A stretch of 64,000 nucleotides of DNA from Dimorphilus gyrociliatus (Eukaryota > Animalia > Annelida). This document shows, piece after piece, positions 23,528 through 35,750 of the stretch. The number at the start of each line of letters is the position of its first letter. The first letter of the stretch is position 1. Where the stretch lies: assembly GCA_904063045.1 (NCBI GenBank), contig CAJFCJ010000009.1, forward strand, positions 1,158,942 through 1,222,941. The letters are read 5' to 3'. The translations under genes were made by a program, and so were the position numbers. A model generated the notes under the pieces. The model made no database searches. It was not told the origin of the DNA and saw only the letters and a list, made by a program, of their open reading frames with translations.

Positions 23528-25604
23528 TTAGTATAGGGGAAGAGATTGATCAACACTTTTCTGCCAAGCGTACAATCCTCCTCTGATATCTTGGAAGCAG
23601 ATTCCCAACGACGTTAACTTTTCCTGAAAGAATTTGACGGCGATTTGGGAATCATTGCCTTTTCGACAAACCACAAAAACTGTATAAAAAAGCTTAGATT
23701 TATATCTTGGTTATACTGTATATCAGCTAAAAGTAATACCTTTATTGATATTATTGTCTTTTATTGTGTTCTCGATGCATTTTAGTTGGTCTTCCTTTTC
23801 TATACTTCCGATGGGAATATCTTGATAAGAAAGATAGAATATTTTATATAAGGGTCAAATATACATTAATTATATCATAATTACTTAAACATTCTCCTAA
23901 ATCGCATATCTCCAATTCAACTGGCGACCTTACATCAATTAATAAATGTTTTTCTTTACTCTTCAATATCTCTGAAAACTCCTGTACAGAGACTAAGTTT
24001 AAGATTATTGTGCAAAAAATGATAATGAAACCTTACTTTTGCTGAAATTCTTTGACTTTGTTCCAAAATAGTCAAATTTTTGCCCTGAAGTGTATAAAAA
24101 GTTTTATTTATAAAGTAATAATAAAAATATGATTATTAAAATCTTTTTAACCTTATCATCTGCTTTTGCCCCACAAAATTGCTCATAGTCAATTAACTCT
24201 TTTATCGAAGGATCATCCCCACAAACAGCGCAATTTTTTTGCCTTGGTCTCAAGCCAATATTTCTAAAAGACCCTGCGAGACCATCAAAAAGAAGCAGTC
24301 TCTGCTTAAAGGTATCTGTAATATATTACGATATAGTATACTATACAATCATTTCAATTCCAGATAGAATTTACCAGGTAACCCAATAGCAATTTTTATT
24401 ACTTCTAATGCTTGTAATGAACCAATTATTCCAGGCACTTTTGGGAGTAAAATAAATTGCTTTATTATATAGTTGTTAAATAGGAAGTACTTTGAATATT
24501 TTTATGAGATTTACCTACTCCCAAGACTCCTCCGTCTGAGCAATTGGTCACCGTCTCCGGTGGTGGAGGTTTAGGGAAGAGACATCTAAAGCATGGTCCA
24601 TTTTGGTAATTATACACAGTTAACTGCAATATTAGAGTATATTTTTATGAAAGCAATTATAGAGTGAATATAAATAACCTGGCCTTCAAATTTTAAAGCA
24701 CTTCCAGAGACTAGAGGCTTCTGACATAAAACAGCAGCGTCATTCAATAAATATCTTGTTGCTACATTATCAGTAGCATCTACAATTATATCATATTGAT
24801 TTATCAATTCTAGGGCATTTTTACTGCTTAAAACCGTATGATACGGAATACATTTAACTGACGAGTTCAAGCTGTTAAAAACATCGTAAGATTAATAGGC
24901 TATCTGTTTAAATTTAAAAATAGTTATTTTACTTAGAACACGATGCAGCTACAGAGGCAGATTTCTTTAGACCGGTTCTCGATTCAGTATGTAAAATTTG
25001 ACGGTGTAGATTACTTAATTCAATTTCATCATAGTCAACAACACCAATAGTTCCTTTAGAAAATTTGAAATTATCACTTTAGATTTACATACATATATTA
25101 CTCTTTACCAATTCCTGCAGCAGCTAAATAAATTGCTGAAGGACATCCTAAACCCCCTGCTCCAACGATTAGTACACTTGTGTTTGAAAGTCGAAGTTGA
25201 CCTGATATAATACAATAACTGAGTCATCTGACAATACATAAATAAAACAATTATTGGCAAAGAAATATAAAAACACATGGAAACTTTATCACTATTAAAC
25301 CTAAAATTATTACCTTTTACCCCAATCTCTGGTAGAATTAATTGCCTGCTATATCTTAATATGTTTTCATTGTTTAGATTGCTTATTGCCTCCTTGTTTA
25401 GCGAATAATCTAGAGACTGAACTTTGGGTAATTTTTCCTAGCGATAATAGGATAAAAGTTAGAATTTTTTGTTATATCTATCTATTTCCTTACGTCTCCA
25501 TTAAGAGAGTTATTCAATTGATTTATAAGGTCATTTTTATCCTTTAGTTCTTTTTTGAGCTTTTCAATCTCATTTATATAGCTTAATTTTTCATGAGAAT
25601 TCAT
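23528..25604 (-). CDS. MOCS3: Adenylyltransferase/sulfurtransferase MOCS3 (UBA4)
   Basis: [53 protein letters not shown], and a C-terminal rhodanese with CRKGNDSQ and GGLYAW. Confidence 0.96.
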
Positions 25605-26317
25605 ATTTTCATTAAAAAAAGACTATGCAAAGCGAAAATTGTTCGCTCAAGAATACATATTCAATATGTTCATCGTCTTTATATTTCTCATGATATAGGC
25701 TTTATTGAACCACGTTGTCTTACCTACTTTCCGTTAATAAGGTCTTAGAATATAGGTTACTCTAAAATATGGTCGATATTAATATGAATGTTGCATAAAG
25801 TATAGAGAAGTAACTTTAGAAATAAATAAGCTTTTCCTATTGTTTCGTGGACGTCGTTTCAAAAACTTTAAAATATAAAAATTAATATAGCAGCCCAAAT
25901 AGAGCCAGTAAAATCTATCGAGATTCTCTAAAAGGATAACATGGTTCAGTATTCTGATAAGAACATGAACCCACATTAGTTTGCAGTAAATGGAATGATT
26001 ACAATTTTTTTAATTATTATCTCGTGCGGGTTAAACAATTATCAAAGATTTAGATATCAAACCATCATCAATATTAATAAATTATAATTTTATCAATTTT
26101 ATTCGTAAAATAGAAAATATCAAGTAAAGTCACACAAAAAGATAACGTCAAAAATTCTAAAAAAAAAAAAACTATATTCTTCTCAATATGAAAGTGTTCT
26201 GTCGGGCTATAAGCAATAATTACTCAAATACTTCAAAGGCAATCAGTAATATTCTTTCATTATCTCTGTTTTGGAGGTTATTTTTTGATAGATTTAATCT
26301 GAAAGCTAGGTATTCTG

Positions 26318-27534
26318 TCACGTAGACGCGATTCTTTTAGCCAAATTGATCCAATCGTCCCTTAGATAGTAACAACCTGACATTATTCTTTTTCCAGTGA
26401 AAGAGTTTCTACCGTGTAAAACTCTCCAGTTGTCTATCAATATGGTAGTTCCTGGACGTAATTTTATTTCAAAAATTGAACTTTCGTCTTCCATTATCTT
26501 TGATAGACACTTCAATGCCTTGTACCATGTTCCAATATCTTTGTCCGGTATATTGAGAATTGTAGATCGATCGTAGTGGTTGTATCTTACACCTTCTAGT
26601 TGGCCGTAGCAGTCTGTTGACAGGATGGAATGTTCAGCGTATAATTCATTGCCATGATCGCCGGTATAGACGTGCGGTACTCTATACTTGAGAAGAATAT
26701 CAAAATAGTCCGGATTCTGCTTACGCAGCTCTTCAGCAGCTCTAAATCCATCTGCTAAGAGTGTCTCACCACCCTCTCCTTCGTGATGGAGGCAATGAAA
26801 AATTTGAATGCCCATCGGGTTAACATAATAACTAGTGTCGGTATGAACTCCCAACTTCAGACTTGTATAAGCTGTATCAGCCCTATGTTGGTCTGACGTA
26901 AAGGTCCAAAAGCCACCAAAAATTGTATTCTGAATAGGAACAATTGACTCGCAAAGTTTTTCAGTATCTATCAAAAAAAAAATAATGAATAAGTTCAATT
27001 TTAAACAAATCCACAGTTATAAAAACCTTCAGGAGTTGTGGGTACATTTTCCACTATTCCTAATCCATGGATTGATAAGGAATTCATTAAATTAGTTACG
27101 TCACCAGATATAATTTGATCATAGGTGCTACTGCCCAATTTATCTTTGGACATTGATGAGTCATCCCACAGTTGCTTTTCTGGTAATGTTTTAGGATAGG
27201 TCTTCTTGAATAAAGTATCCGTATCGTAGGAAGACTTATGTCCATCTCCCCAAGTAATATTTAGTTGTGTACCGTTTATATCCGCTTGAATTGCTCGTAT
27301 CTTGGACGGAATGATGGGAGGTATAATAATTTTTTGTTTCGTGTTATTGTTGAAACATTTGGGACAGTGGCAATTATCTCTAAGCCAAATATTATTAACC
27401 TCCTTTATTTTACCTTTGTATCTTAAATGAACAGATGAACTTGTAAAATCGACGATTCGTGTTGCAAACTTCCTGTATAGTAACACGTCTGGAGAAAAAT
27501 TTTTCAGGAGCTGTAGAGACTTAAAGAGAGCCAT
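26318..27534 (-). CDS. TMLHE: Trimethyllysine dioxygenase (carnitine biosynthesis)
   Basis: WLRDNCHCPKC; TIFGGFWTFTSDQHRADTAYT...HTDTSY...GIQIFHCLHHEG...RYNHYDR...DNWRVLHGR. The motifs fit TMLHE better than BBOX1. There is one short intron near 27030-26970. Confidence 0.9.
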
Positions 27535-28543
27535 ACTTTGTATAATCTTGCTTTATTTTCTCTCGTACTCTTTATATGACCGCTATAGGTCAAATTCCAA
27601 AATTCAATGTATTATTTCAATAGCAAAGACACAGATGCATGAATTAGACTGTTAGGCCTATCTTTCAGAAGTATTTTTTTTGAAATTAGACAAATGTTAC
27701 GGTTAAACTATTTCCGATTTTATTATTATAAAATTATCCCAAAGAGAAAGATGAATGTCGAATAAATCTTGAATATATATTCATAAATCAGCCTTGTCAT
27801 CATTACTTGATATTTTGTCGTTTATGCAGGCGAAAGACATTACTTTTCACTTTCTTATATAGCTACAATAGTATATCATTTTTTTCGAAAAAGAAAACTA
27901 AGGTACTACTTGACATATTAATAAATTCTCTAATGATTATTATCTTATCGTTAAGTCTATGGTATTATCTTTACTTTCCCTTTAATCCTTCACAGTAGAG
28001 CTGATTATTTAAATATAATACATTGTAGAAGTGGCTGTTAATCAACTTAATTTTAGCCTATTGGTAAAAAAAAAAAGGAAATATACAATTGAAAATTCTT
28101 TGACCTCAAGTAATAAATCTTACTTTCGCTTTGTGTCCTTGTTTAAAGTGTGTTGTTTTTTTTATTCGACAATTATCAAAAGAAAGGATATTAGATAATT
28201 TACATATATGATACATCTATATACTTCTTCCTATTAAATCATATTTCAAGTTGTACGTTCTCAAAGAAATATTTACAATCCTTTATTGTTTTTTTTTTAA
28301 TAAAAAATAAAGCTGTTATATTTGTAACTATTCACGCTTTTAAGGTTCTATAAATAGCTTTTAGAAGCTATGGGGGGGGGGGAAGAAAGAATTAAAGTTT
28401 CTTTAGCTACATAACGCTTTTTTAAACAATGTTCTTTCAATCGATTGTTATTAGGAAATACGTAACGTCATTTAAGAATGATACTGATTATTTTCATTAA
28501 AGAATATCATTACGTTCTATTACTGTTTAAAAACTTTCAAAAC

Positions 28544-30328
28544 ATGTCCACTGATGATCAAAATGGGGTTTATGGGGATGAAAAAGGGTAAGACGGATTA
28601 AATCTAATCGGAATTATTTTAAGGTATGATTTAATCATATAGGAAGCTTTTCATTGGCGGATTAAGTTGGGAAACTTCGACAGAAAATTTAGAATCATAT
28701 TTTTCAAATTACGGAAAGCTCATCGACTGCGTTGTCATGAAAAGTTCTTCAACAGGTAGATCTAGAGGATTTGGATTCGTAAAGTATGAAAAAATTACTG
28801 ACGCCGAACGTGTGGTTAACGAAGGTCCGCATCGAATAGATGAAAGGGATGTTGATGTTAAATTATGTAATCCCCGTCATCTTAATAAGGGAAGTAAGGC
28901 TGAAATTCAAAAGAATAGAAAAATATTTGTTGGAGGATTACCAGTTAGTTGTACTGAATCAAAGCTAAGAGCGATTTTTGAACAATTTGGCCGTGTCGAA
29001 GAAGCTTGTATTATGTATGATCAGCTCAAATCTAAAAGTAGAGGTAAAAAACATCTACACGTATAAATAATAATAATAACTGCTTAAGTCTTACTCAATG
29101 TTTTATAAATAGTTTAAAAAATTCTTTTGTTCTAAAAAAGCTAAAAAAAAAAACTTTTCGTGAAAACTGGTATGTTTAGAGACTTTTGGGCGCCAACTAA
29201 AATTTCAACTGTTTTCTTTTCTTTTTAGCTAGGCTTATTAGTTATTAAATAATCTTAATATATACATATATAAATAAAGTATAAAGTCTAAGATTTAAAA
29301 TAAGATTTAGTATTTCGATTGAGTAAAGCTATTTTTCAGGTTTTGGATTCATTGTTTTTGCTCAGGAAGCTGCTGTCGATCGAGTTTGTAGTCTTCATTA
29401 CATCACTCTAGATGGAAAGCAGGTGTGGTTAAGATCTTTCAAACTTTTCTCTTTATAACTTCTCTTTTTTCCCATGTTTTAAATAAAAGTAAACTAAGTA
29501 GACGAAAACTGTTTTGATAAAGTCTAGATCAATTGTACTTAGATGATTAAGGATAAATTATAAGTTAAAAATCTTTATATGAAATGACAAACCATTGAAA
29601 TATAATAAATTATTTAATACTATATTTATTTCGTGTACCATATTCAATCGTACATTGTTTTACATTCAATTAATTATTCCATCTTAAAGGTTGAATGTAA
29701 GAGAGCTCAACCAAGAGAGGAGATTGAGAAAGAGACGAAGAAGGAATCATTTGAAGGTCAATTTGAAGAAGATGTATTCAAAGCGGCAGCTGCTGTTGCA
29801 ACTGCTGTAGCTACTGGAAAAATTTCAAATACTCAAGATTATATTGAATCATTTTCACAACAAATTGAAAGTACGGCCTGCCACCAACCAGTATATCAAG
29901 CAGTCTTTCCCATTCCAACTCCACGGCAGTATCTACCAGTTTTACCACCTCTTCGACCAGAGATTGATAGAAATATTGTACAAGCGCAACTATCCGCTCT
30001 CCAACAATTAGCATCTTCAGATTCAAAGACTGGAGAGGATAGAAAGATATTAGAGAAAACTTTGATGCCTGTTTCAAGAAAGAGTGATTGCAAAAATTAC
30101 AACATTCAAACAGCAGCTCAGGCAGCAATTCAAATGGCTGCTCAAACATCTCCTAAAGTTGCTAATCCAACTCCTTTCATACCACTTAATTCTTATGGAA
30201 GTGAGATAAATCAGGTAAAGGGGTCCTATGGCGCTATACGTCCCTACACCAGGCATATTGTGTTTGCTCCATATCCATATGTTCGCGCAGCCTTCCTACC
30301 TAGTCCAGGAAACTTTCCAAGAACATGA
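28544..30328 (+). CDS. DAZAP1: Two-RRM RNA-binding protein, DAZAP1/Hrb27C(hrp48)-like
   Basis: DEKG|KLFIGGLSWETS, GRSRGFGFVKY, KLCNPR, KIFVGGLP, IMYDQLKSKSRG|FGFIVF and VECKRAQPRE, followed by an Ala/Pro/Gln-rich tail. Confidence 0.85.
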
Positions 30329-30723
30329 GACGATAGTATAAGATATATTTATTTTATGTGGCACAGTTTTACCTATTTTTTTACATTTTTCGTTGTATGA
30401 TAGACATTTCCTTTTAGTTAAGTTTTGTTTTTTACAATTTTATTTATTGATAGGTATGCGTGTCGTTTATACTGATTCTAATTAACATATTACAAAGCTG
30501 AAAACTAAATTTCTTACTAATCGGACAATTAGTTCTATAAATAATCATACTAATGGCAAATATAATTGAAGGTGGTGTCAAAGTGATGAGACAATCAAAC
30601 TAAACTTTTATTTCAAATTTTTATTCAAATAAATGCTTCATTTAGTATACAATAGCCTGCTAAAATATCACATATAACATTCGAACGGTATTTTTTAACG
30701 GAGAAATAATAAATAAACTCGAC

Positions 30724-32277
30724 TTAATCATTCGAGTTTTCTGTTAACTTAAGTTTACTCATTGCTAATTTAGGACGAATTGCGCTAAGGGCGATTAAGA
30801 GAGCCTCCTGAATAGAAAAAAGAGTTTTTACTTAAAATTATGCATAAATATTTATATATTTAAACTGATTTGAGAAAAAAATTACCTCAGTTCGTATCGT
30901 CCTTGATCCTTGATAAGGACAAACATTTACATAATATTCAAAAAGTTCTCTAGGATCTCCTACTGTTAACTTTTCGTCAGATTCAAGACTTGCCTCAAGT
31001 CCTTTTAGTCCACCGAAAACGATAAGAGCATGTCTAATTTTGAAAGAGATATTATTAAATTCTTAAGCAAATTGGCTAAAATAAAACAAACTTAAAATTT
31101 TCTTCTGGTTCAAAACGATCAATACTATCTCCTTTATCTGATGTTCCAATTACTAAGTCGTAACCGCCCTTATATGGGGATTTAATAAGAACGGATGAAA
31201 GATTTGGAGCAAGCCTAACTGAATAGCCCCAGTATAAATTACCTAATTCTCTTGGTTCATCAGGAGAAACGACAACACCTGTTTTTATTTTTAAAGATCA
31301 TATGAATAGGCAGGCTATTAGACATTTTGTAATACCTCTTGGCTTCTTATTATCCATCGTTGTTTTATCTAATCGAACAGTTACGCGGAATCCTGGATCT
31401 AGCTGTTTGTCAATTCTTACTAATTTCTCTAATCCGACGTCAACTAGAGAGCCTTTATCTTCTTTAACTTTCATTTTAGTAACTACTCCTTCTCTATAAG
31501 TAGCGTCATCTTCACTTCTATAATGATGAACTGAATCTAAAGGATTTAGAAGACCAGCATATTTTAAATCTTCATGAACAGGAAAGAAATTTTTTCGTAG
31601 ATATTGCGGACATTCAAGATATTGAAGAATTCTTGCTAATTGAATGTTACAGTTGGATGTTTTTGTGCTTTTCCCAATGCCTTCAAAAGTTCCTTCAGTG
31701 GTCAAAGCAGCTTTACCAACTTCATCAAATATTATAATTTCATTTACATTAAATATAGCGGCCGAACGGGCAATCTGACCGGCTAAATAGGTTCTTAATT
31801 CAGGTGATTGAGCATTATCTAGTATAGAACCAGGCAAAGCTATGCTGACTGTATAACAATTCTCTGTTAGGAATAAAATTGAATTTTTATACTTTTATAG
31901 ATAATTCTATTTGTTTATACCTTTTTTTTTTAGTTTACTTTCTTCTTCCAATTTATTTATCTGCTCTGTTTCTTCACGTTTCTTTCTCTTTTCTAAGCGT
32001 TTTATTAGTTTTTCTTCTTTCCATTTCCTTTTACGTTCCTTTGCTAATAAATCATCAAGATTGGTTGTTGTCTGATAGCTATTGAGTTATATTAAGAATT
32101 TACCTTCTTTTCTTATTTTTTTCAAATCAGGTTTCGATTCCTATGAAAAAGTTTGTGCGGTTATATTAAAATATTGCATTATCGCTCATTTATTTTTTAA
32201 ATGTCGTTCAAGAAAATTTTTCTTACAACTATATAAATATTTTTAAACGTATTAAAACTCACATTATTTGACGACAT
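30724..32277 (-). CDS. SPOUT1: SPOUT-domain methyltransferase (C9orf114/CENP-32)
   Basis: PGSILDNAQSPELRTYLAGQIARSAAIF, ARILQYLECPQYLRK, LKYAGLLNPLDS, YWGYSVR, IVFGGLKGLE and RTEEALLIAL. Exon 1 is MSSNN|gtgagt. Confidence 0.95.
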
Positions 32278-32367
32278 TCTTAAATTATATAATTGGGAAC
32301 TTTAACAATTGAATATATTTAGTTTTTGATAAAGCTATGAAGACAGTCACGTTTTTTTTGAGCGTTT

Positions 32368-32377
32368 ACGCCATCTA
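32368..32377 (-). promoter_or_regulatory. CTCF-like motif TAGATGGCGT about 90 bp upstream of SPOUT1
   Basis: Same core as at 15676, 41240 and 56828. Confidence 0.5.
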
Positions 32378-32715
32378 TGTTTTGTAAGGAAGAAGCACTC
32401 TTGAGCAGTAGGCCTACCAAAAAGATAAATTACATCGACATAAGTACTGTGTGTCTTAAAACAAGATTATAAGCTGATATAGAAACCAAAATCTATAAGC
32501 TTCGATTAATTTTTTTATTTATAATAACGCAGTCAAGTCGTTTATTATCTAACTTAAAATTACAATCACATTCGCCTAAGCGTTAAGTAATATATACAGA
32601 AAGTCATATGCTACGTAAAGACGATTAAATCCAATTGCGACAATTTGTCGACATACAACACCAACTGTTGAAATTTTTCGTTTTTTTTTGTTTGTAAACT
32701 ATCCAAAAGTTCTGC

Positions 32716-35344
32716 CTAAATAGGCTTGTATAAAAGTGTCGTTACGTATTTCTTTCTGTATCGATGGGTTGCGCTTAGAACCATTACTCCATCCTGTTTA
32801 TGTTTGAAAAGAGTTATTTTAAAAGTATGTTATCATTAAATACTTATGTGACAATTGTAATCTAACCTTGATTGATAACGCATAAAGGTGATTTAACATA
32901 ACGTGGTTCGGTTCAGGCAACAGAGTTGGCTCACACTAAAAGATAAATAAACAGCAACGTAAACAATATAATTATTGCATATCAGATTTGAAATATAAAT
33001 ATGTTCTGTATAAATTTATAGCATATATTTGTTACTTACATGTACTGGTATTTCCTTATTTAAGATCACCTGTAGTAGGTGAGGGGGTAGTATCGGAGGT
33101 CCACTATGGGAGAAACCATGGGATGAATGTCGGGGGGGAACTTCCTGAGAATAATCACCAGGAGGCGAGCCGGTAACTGATGTTATTTTTAGAGGAATTA
33201 CAAAATAAACATTAGAAGATATTAAATTTTTATATATAGAAAAAAGAAACAAAAGCCAACAGAAGACAGAGAAATACGAAAAAAAAGTACAAACATAATA
33301 AATATAAAAAATGACTCTCTAAAAGCGGCTTGAAAAAATTATGTGCTTGGATTACGTTTTAATAGGCATATAGAGTAAAAAAAAAACACATTCTAAATAT
33401 TTTAAGCTCATAGCATCGTTCTTTTTAGGTTCTTCCTTTTTTATAAACAAAATATAAATAACAAGATAAAAAGTATAAAATTTCTTATTATGAAAACAAA
33501 AAAGAAGGAACGTGCTAAAAAGACTTTAAATATCTAGGGAAAAAAAACAAAATATATATATATATATATATATTAACAATTTCAGAAGTTTTTTTTTGGT
33601 TTTAGGTAAATATTATTCATTCTCTAAAAACAAAGCAATTAGTAAGTCGGGTACCAGAATATACGGGAAGGTGGTTCTTAGCCTCACTGTGTCGCTCTTT
33701 GCCTTTGGATTGTCGGCCATCTACTTCCAATGCATGGAAGACTTCGAAGTCCGAATGTTTGACATTAATCACGTTATTGTTGGTTCCAAAAGGATTTTTC
33801 GTTTTGTCCTACAAAACGATATAGAAAAAACGTGTGACGTTCCAAAGTTAGAAACACAGTCAGAACTAAAAGTTTGGTAATTTAAAATAAAATGTTTAAA
33901 ACAGTCTGGAACAACAAAATGGAGCTACTACACTTTCAAATATTCTCTTAAGCTCTTACAAAAAACTCAATATGTTGCTTTGACCGAAACTGTCTTTCTT
34001 ATTATTTCTACAGTTATTTAAAAAACTTCGATAATAAAAAAGAAATAGATATTTTTTTTTTTTGGATTTTGAAGAAATTAAAGCAACTTTTAATACTTAA
34101 TTGCAGCTGATACTGTTTCTAATGCTCTATTGTTATTAATATAAAACAGTATATAGTAATATAGCTGCGTTCTTTGGTTTCTCTATAATATCTATTAAGT
34201 TTTTATCCGTAACATTTCACCAAAAAAAAAGAATATAGCGATAATAAAGATTAGTGGAATCATAAGCATTAATTGAACAGCTTCTATCAAGCAACAACTA
34301 TTAATAATCGAATTTATTTGGCGTCCTTCTCTACCTTCATCTTTGCTATAATGCCGGCCTGTCCCTCGGTTCTGACCGGAGTTGACACTGTCCGTTGCCA
34401 AAGCTTCAAATACTTCGAAATCTGAAGCTCGAACTGTCACTATATTGTTTTCTGTACCCAAATCACTTTCTGTTTTTTGCTATATGTGCACAATATATAT
34501 ATCTTTAGCTAGACTATGTTAATTGAAAATAACAAAAGGTTTTCTTTTTTATATTCCCTTTCTGAGTCTTATTAAGGGAAAACCTAAATTTCGGAAATAA
34601 TTGAATTACATTAGTAACCTCTTTGGAATCGCATAGCCATTGTCCGTCAACATAAAACTTGTACTGGTGAGTGCCTTCAGGAAGATCTATAATTGCATAA
34701 AAGTCTCCAGTGCTGTTTGGATAAAAGACATATGTGTCAATATTAGTATTGAAGTAACATTCGATCCATGGCGCTAATCTTGAAACTAATAAATATGATT
34801 TCTTATTACCTCTTGACCATAGATATTTTCTTCTTCCAACTATTAAATGAGCCAGAAATGAATACATTTTTTCCTCCGCCTTCCCATTTAAAGACAGTGG
34901 GCAGTTTTTTCTTGTCAATATTCACTGTTGAGCTCAAAGTGCTAGCTCTTACTCTCCTTTTAGGTTCGAAGTCATTCTCTTCAGCAGTCAGGTTCTGTTA
35001 AATAGTATTATTCAATATTTTTTATTCCTTTTATCGTAATAATTTATATAATTAACATGTTTTCTCTGTCTAAAAGCGAAAAAACCGCAATCGGCTTCCA
35101 TTTTGGACAAGTAAAAAAATCTAACCAAATGACATTGGTCTTACGAGTTCTATTCAAATTTTTTTTTTAATCAAAATTTACGCAAAGTAGTGGAGAAAAA
35201 GACGTAAAAATAACGTACTGAATAAGGAGCGAGGTTAGGATGATTTGCTTCACTGTCTACATCTTTCATCCAGTTTTCATCTTCTCTGATAACGCTGTCG
35301 TCTGTCGATTGAGACAGACTTCTTTTACCGCTGTTATTCCCCAT
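32716..35344 (-). CDS. PRKAB: AMP-activated protein kinase beta subunit, with two alternative copies of one exon
   Basis: It starts MGN (myristoylation Gly). The CBM reads PTVFKWEGGGKNVFISGSFN...DLPEGTHQYKFYVDGQW, and the tail reads PPILPPHLLQVILN, CEPTLLPEPNHVMLNHLYALSIK and ATHRYRKKYVTTLLYKPI. Confidence 0.97.
33655..33808 (-). other. PRKAB: AMPK-beta alternative exon B (154 nt, phase 0 to 1)
   Basis: Encodes DKTKNPFGTNNNVINVKHSDFEVFHALEVD...PVYS, a paralogue of exon A. The acceptor is ttttgtag| at 33809 and the donor is G|gtaccc (non-optimal). Confidence 0.8.
34335..34479 (-). other. PRKAB: AMPK-beta alternative exon A (145 nt, phase 0 to 1)
   Basis: Encodes QKTESDLGTENNIVTVRASDFEVFEALATD...KDE. 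The acceptor is tatag| at 34480 and the donor is G|gtagag. Confidence 0.85.
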
Positions 35345-35750
35345 AGTTTCTGAAAAAACTTTATTTTAAACTTACACCAAAAATGTCTCGTCCGACGAGC
35401 AGCGAGTTGGAGGGCGACTGTTCGTTATTTACGATAACACTATATTATCTCAAGTGTACGATATTAAATTAACTATATACCAATTCTATTATATTTAAAT
35501 GCTTAGTTGCATATTGTATAAGTTGTAAAATGTATTCGACATGGGCAGGGAGAGACAAAAAAGTTTGTACTTACACTGATGTAAACAAGTATGGCCACCC
35601 GTCGTCTGCAGGGAGCAAAAACTGGTATAAGCACACGTGATTTCAAAAGTGTTTTACGCAAATTGTAGTGGACACGTGACCTTTGGCGCTTCCAGACTTT
35701 GAGTACTTGGATGTAGAATATTTCTTCAATCAGAGGTATACAATAAGGAA

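Noticed and set aside
1-27534. Functional clustering (CPT1 with TMLHE in carnitine metabolism; CEP89 with CEP70 at the centrosome)
   Set aside because: The genes are separated by many unrelated genes; at this gene density co-occurrence is plausibly chance.
34195-34334. Hydrophobic tail if AMPK-beta exon A reads through into the intron
   Set aside because: T-rich intron sequence readily translates as hydrophobic; nothing supports a real membrane-anchored isoform.
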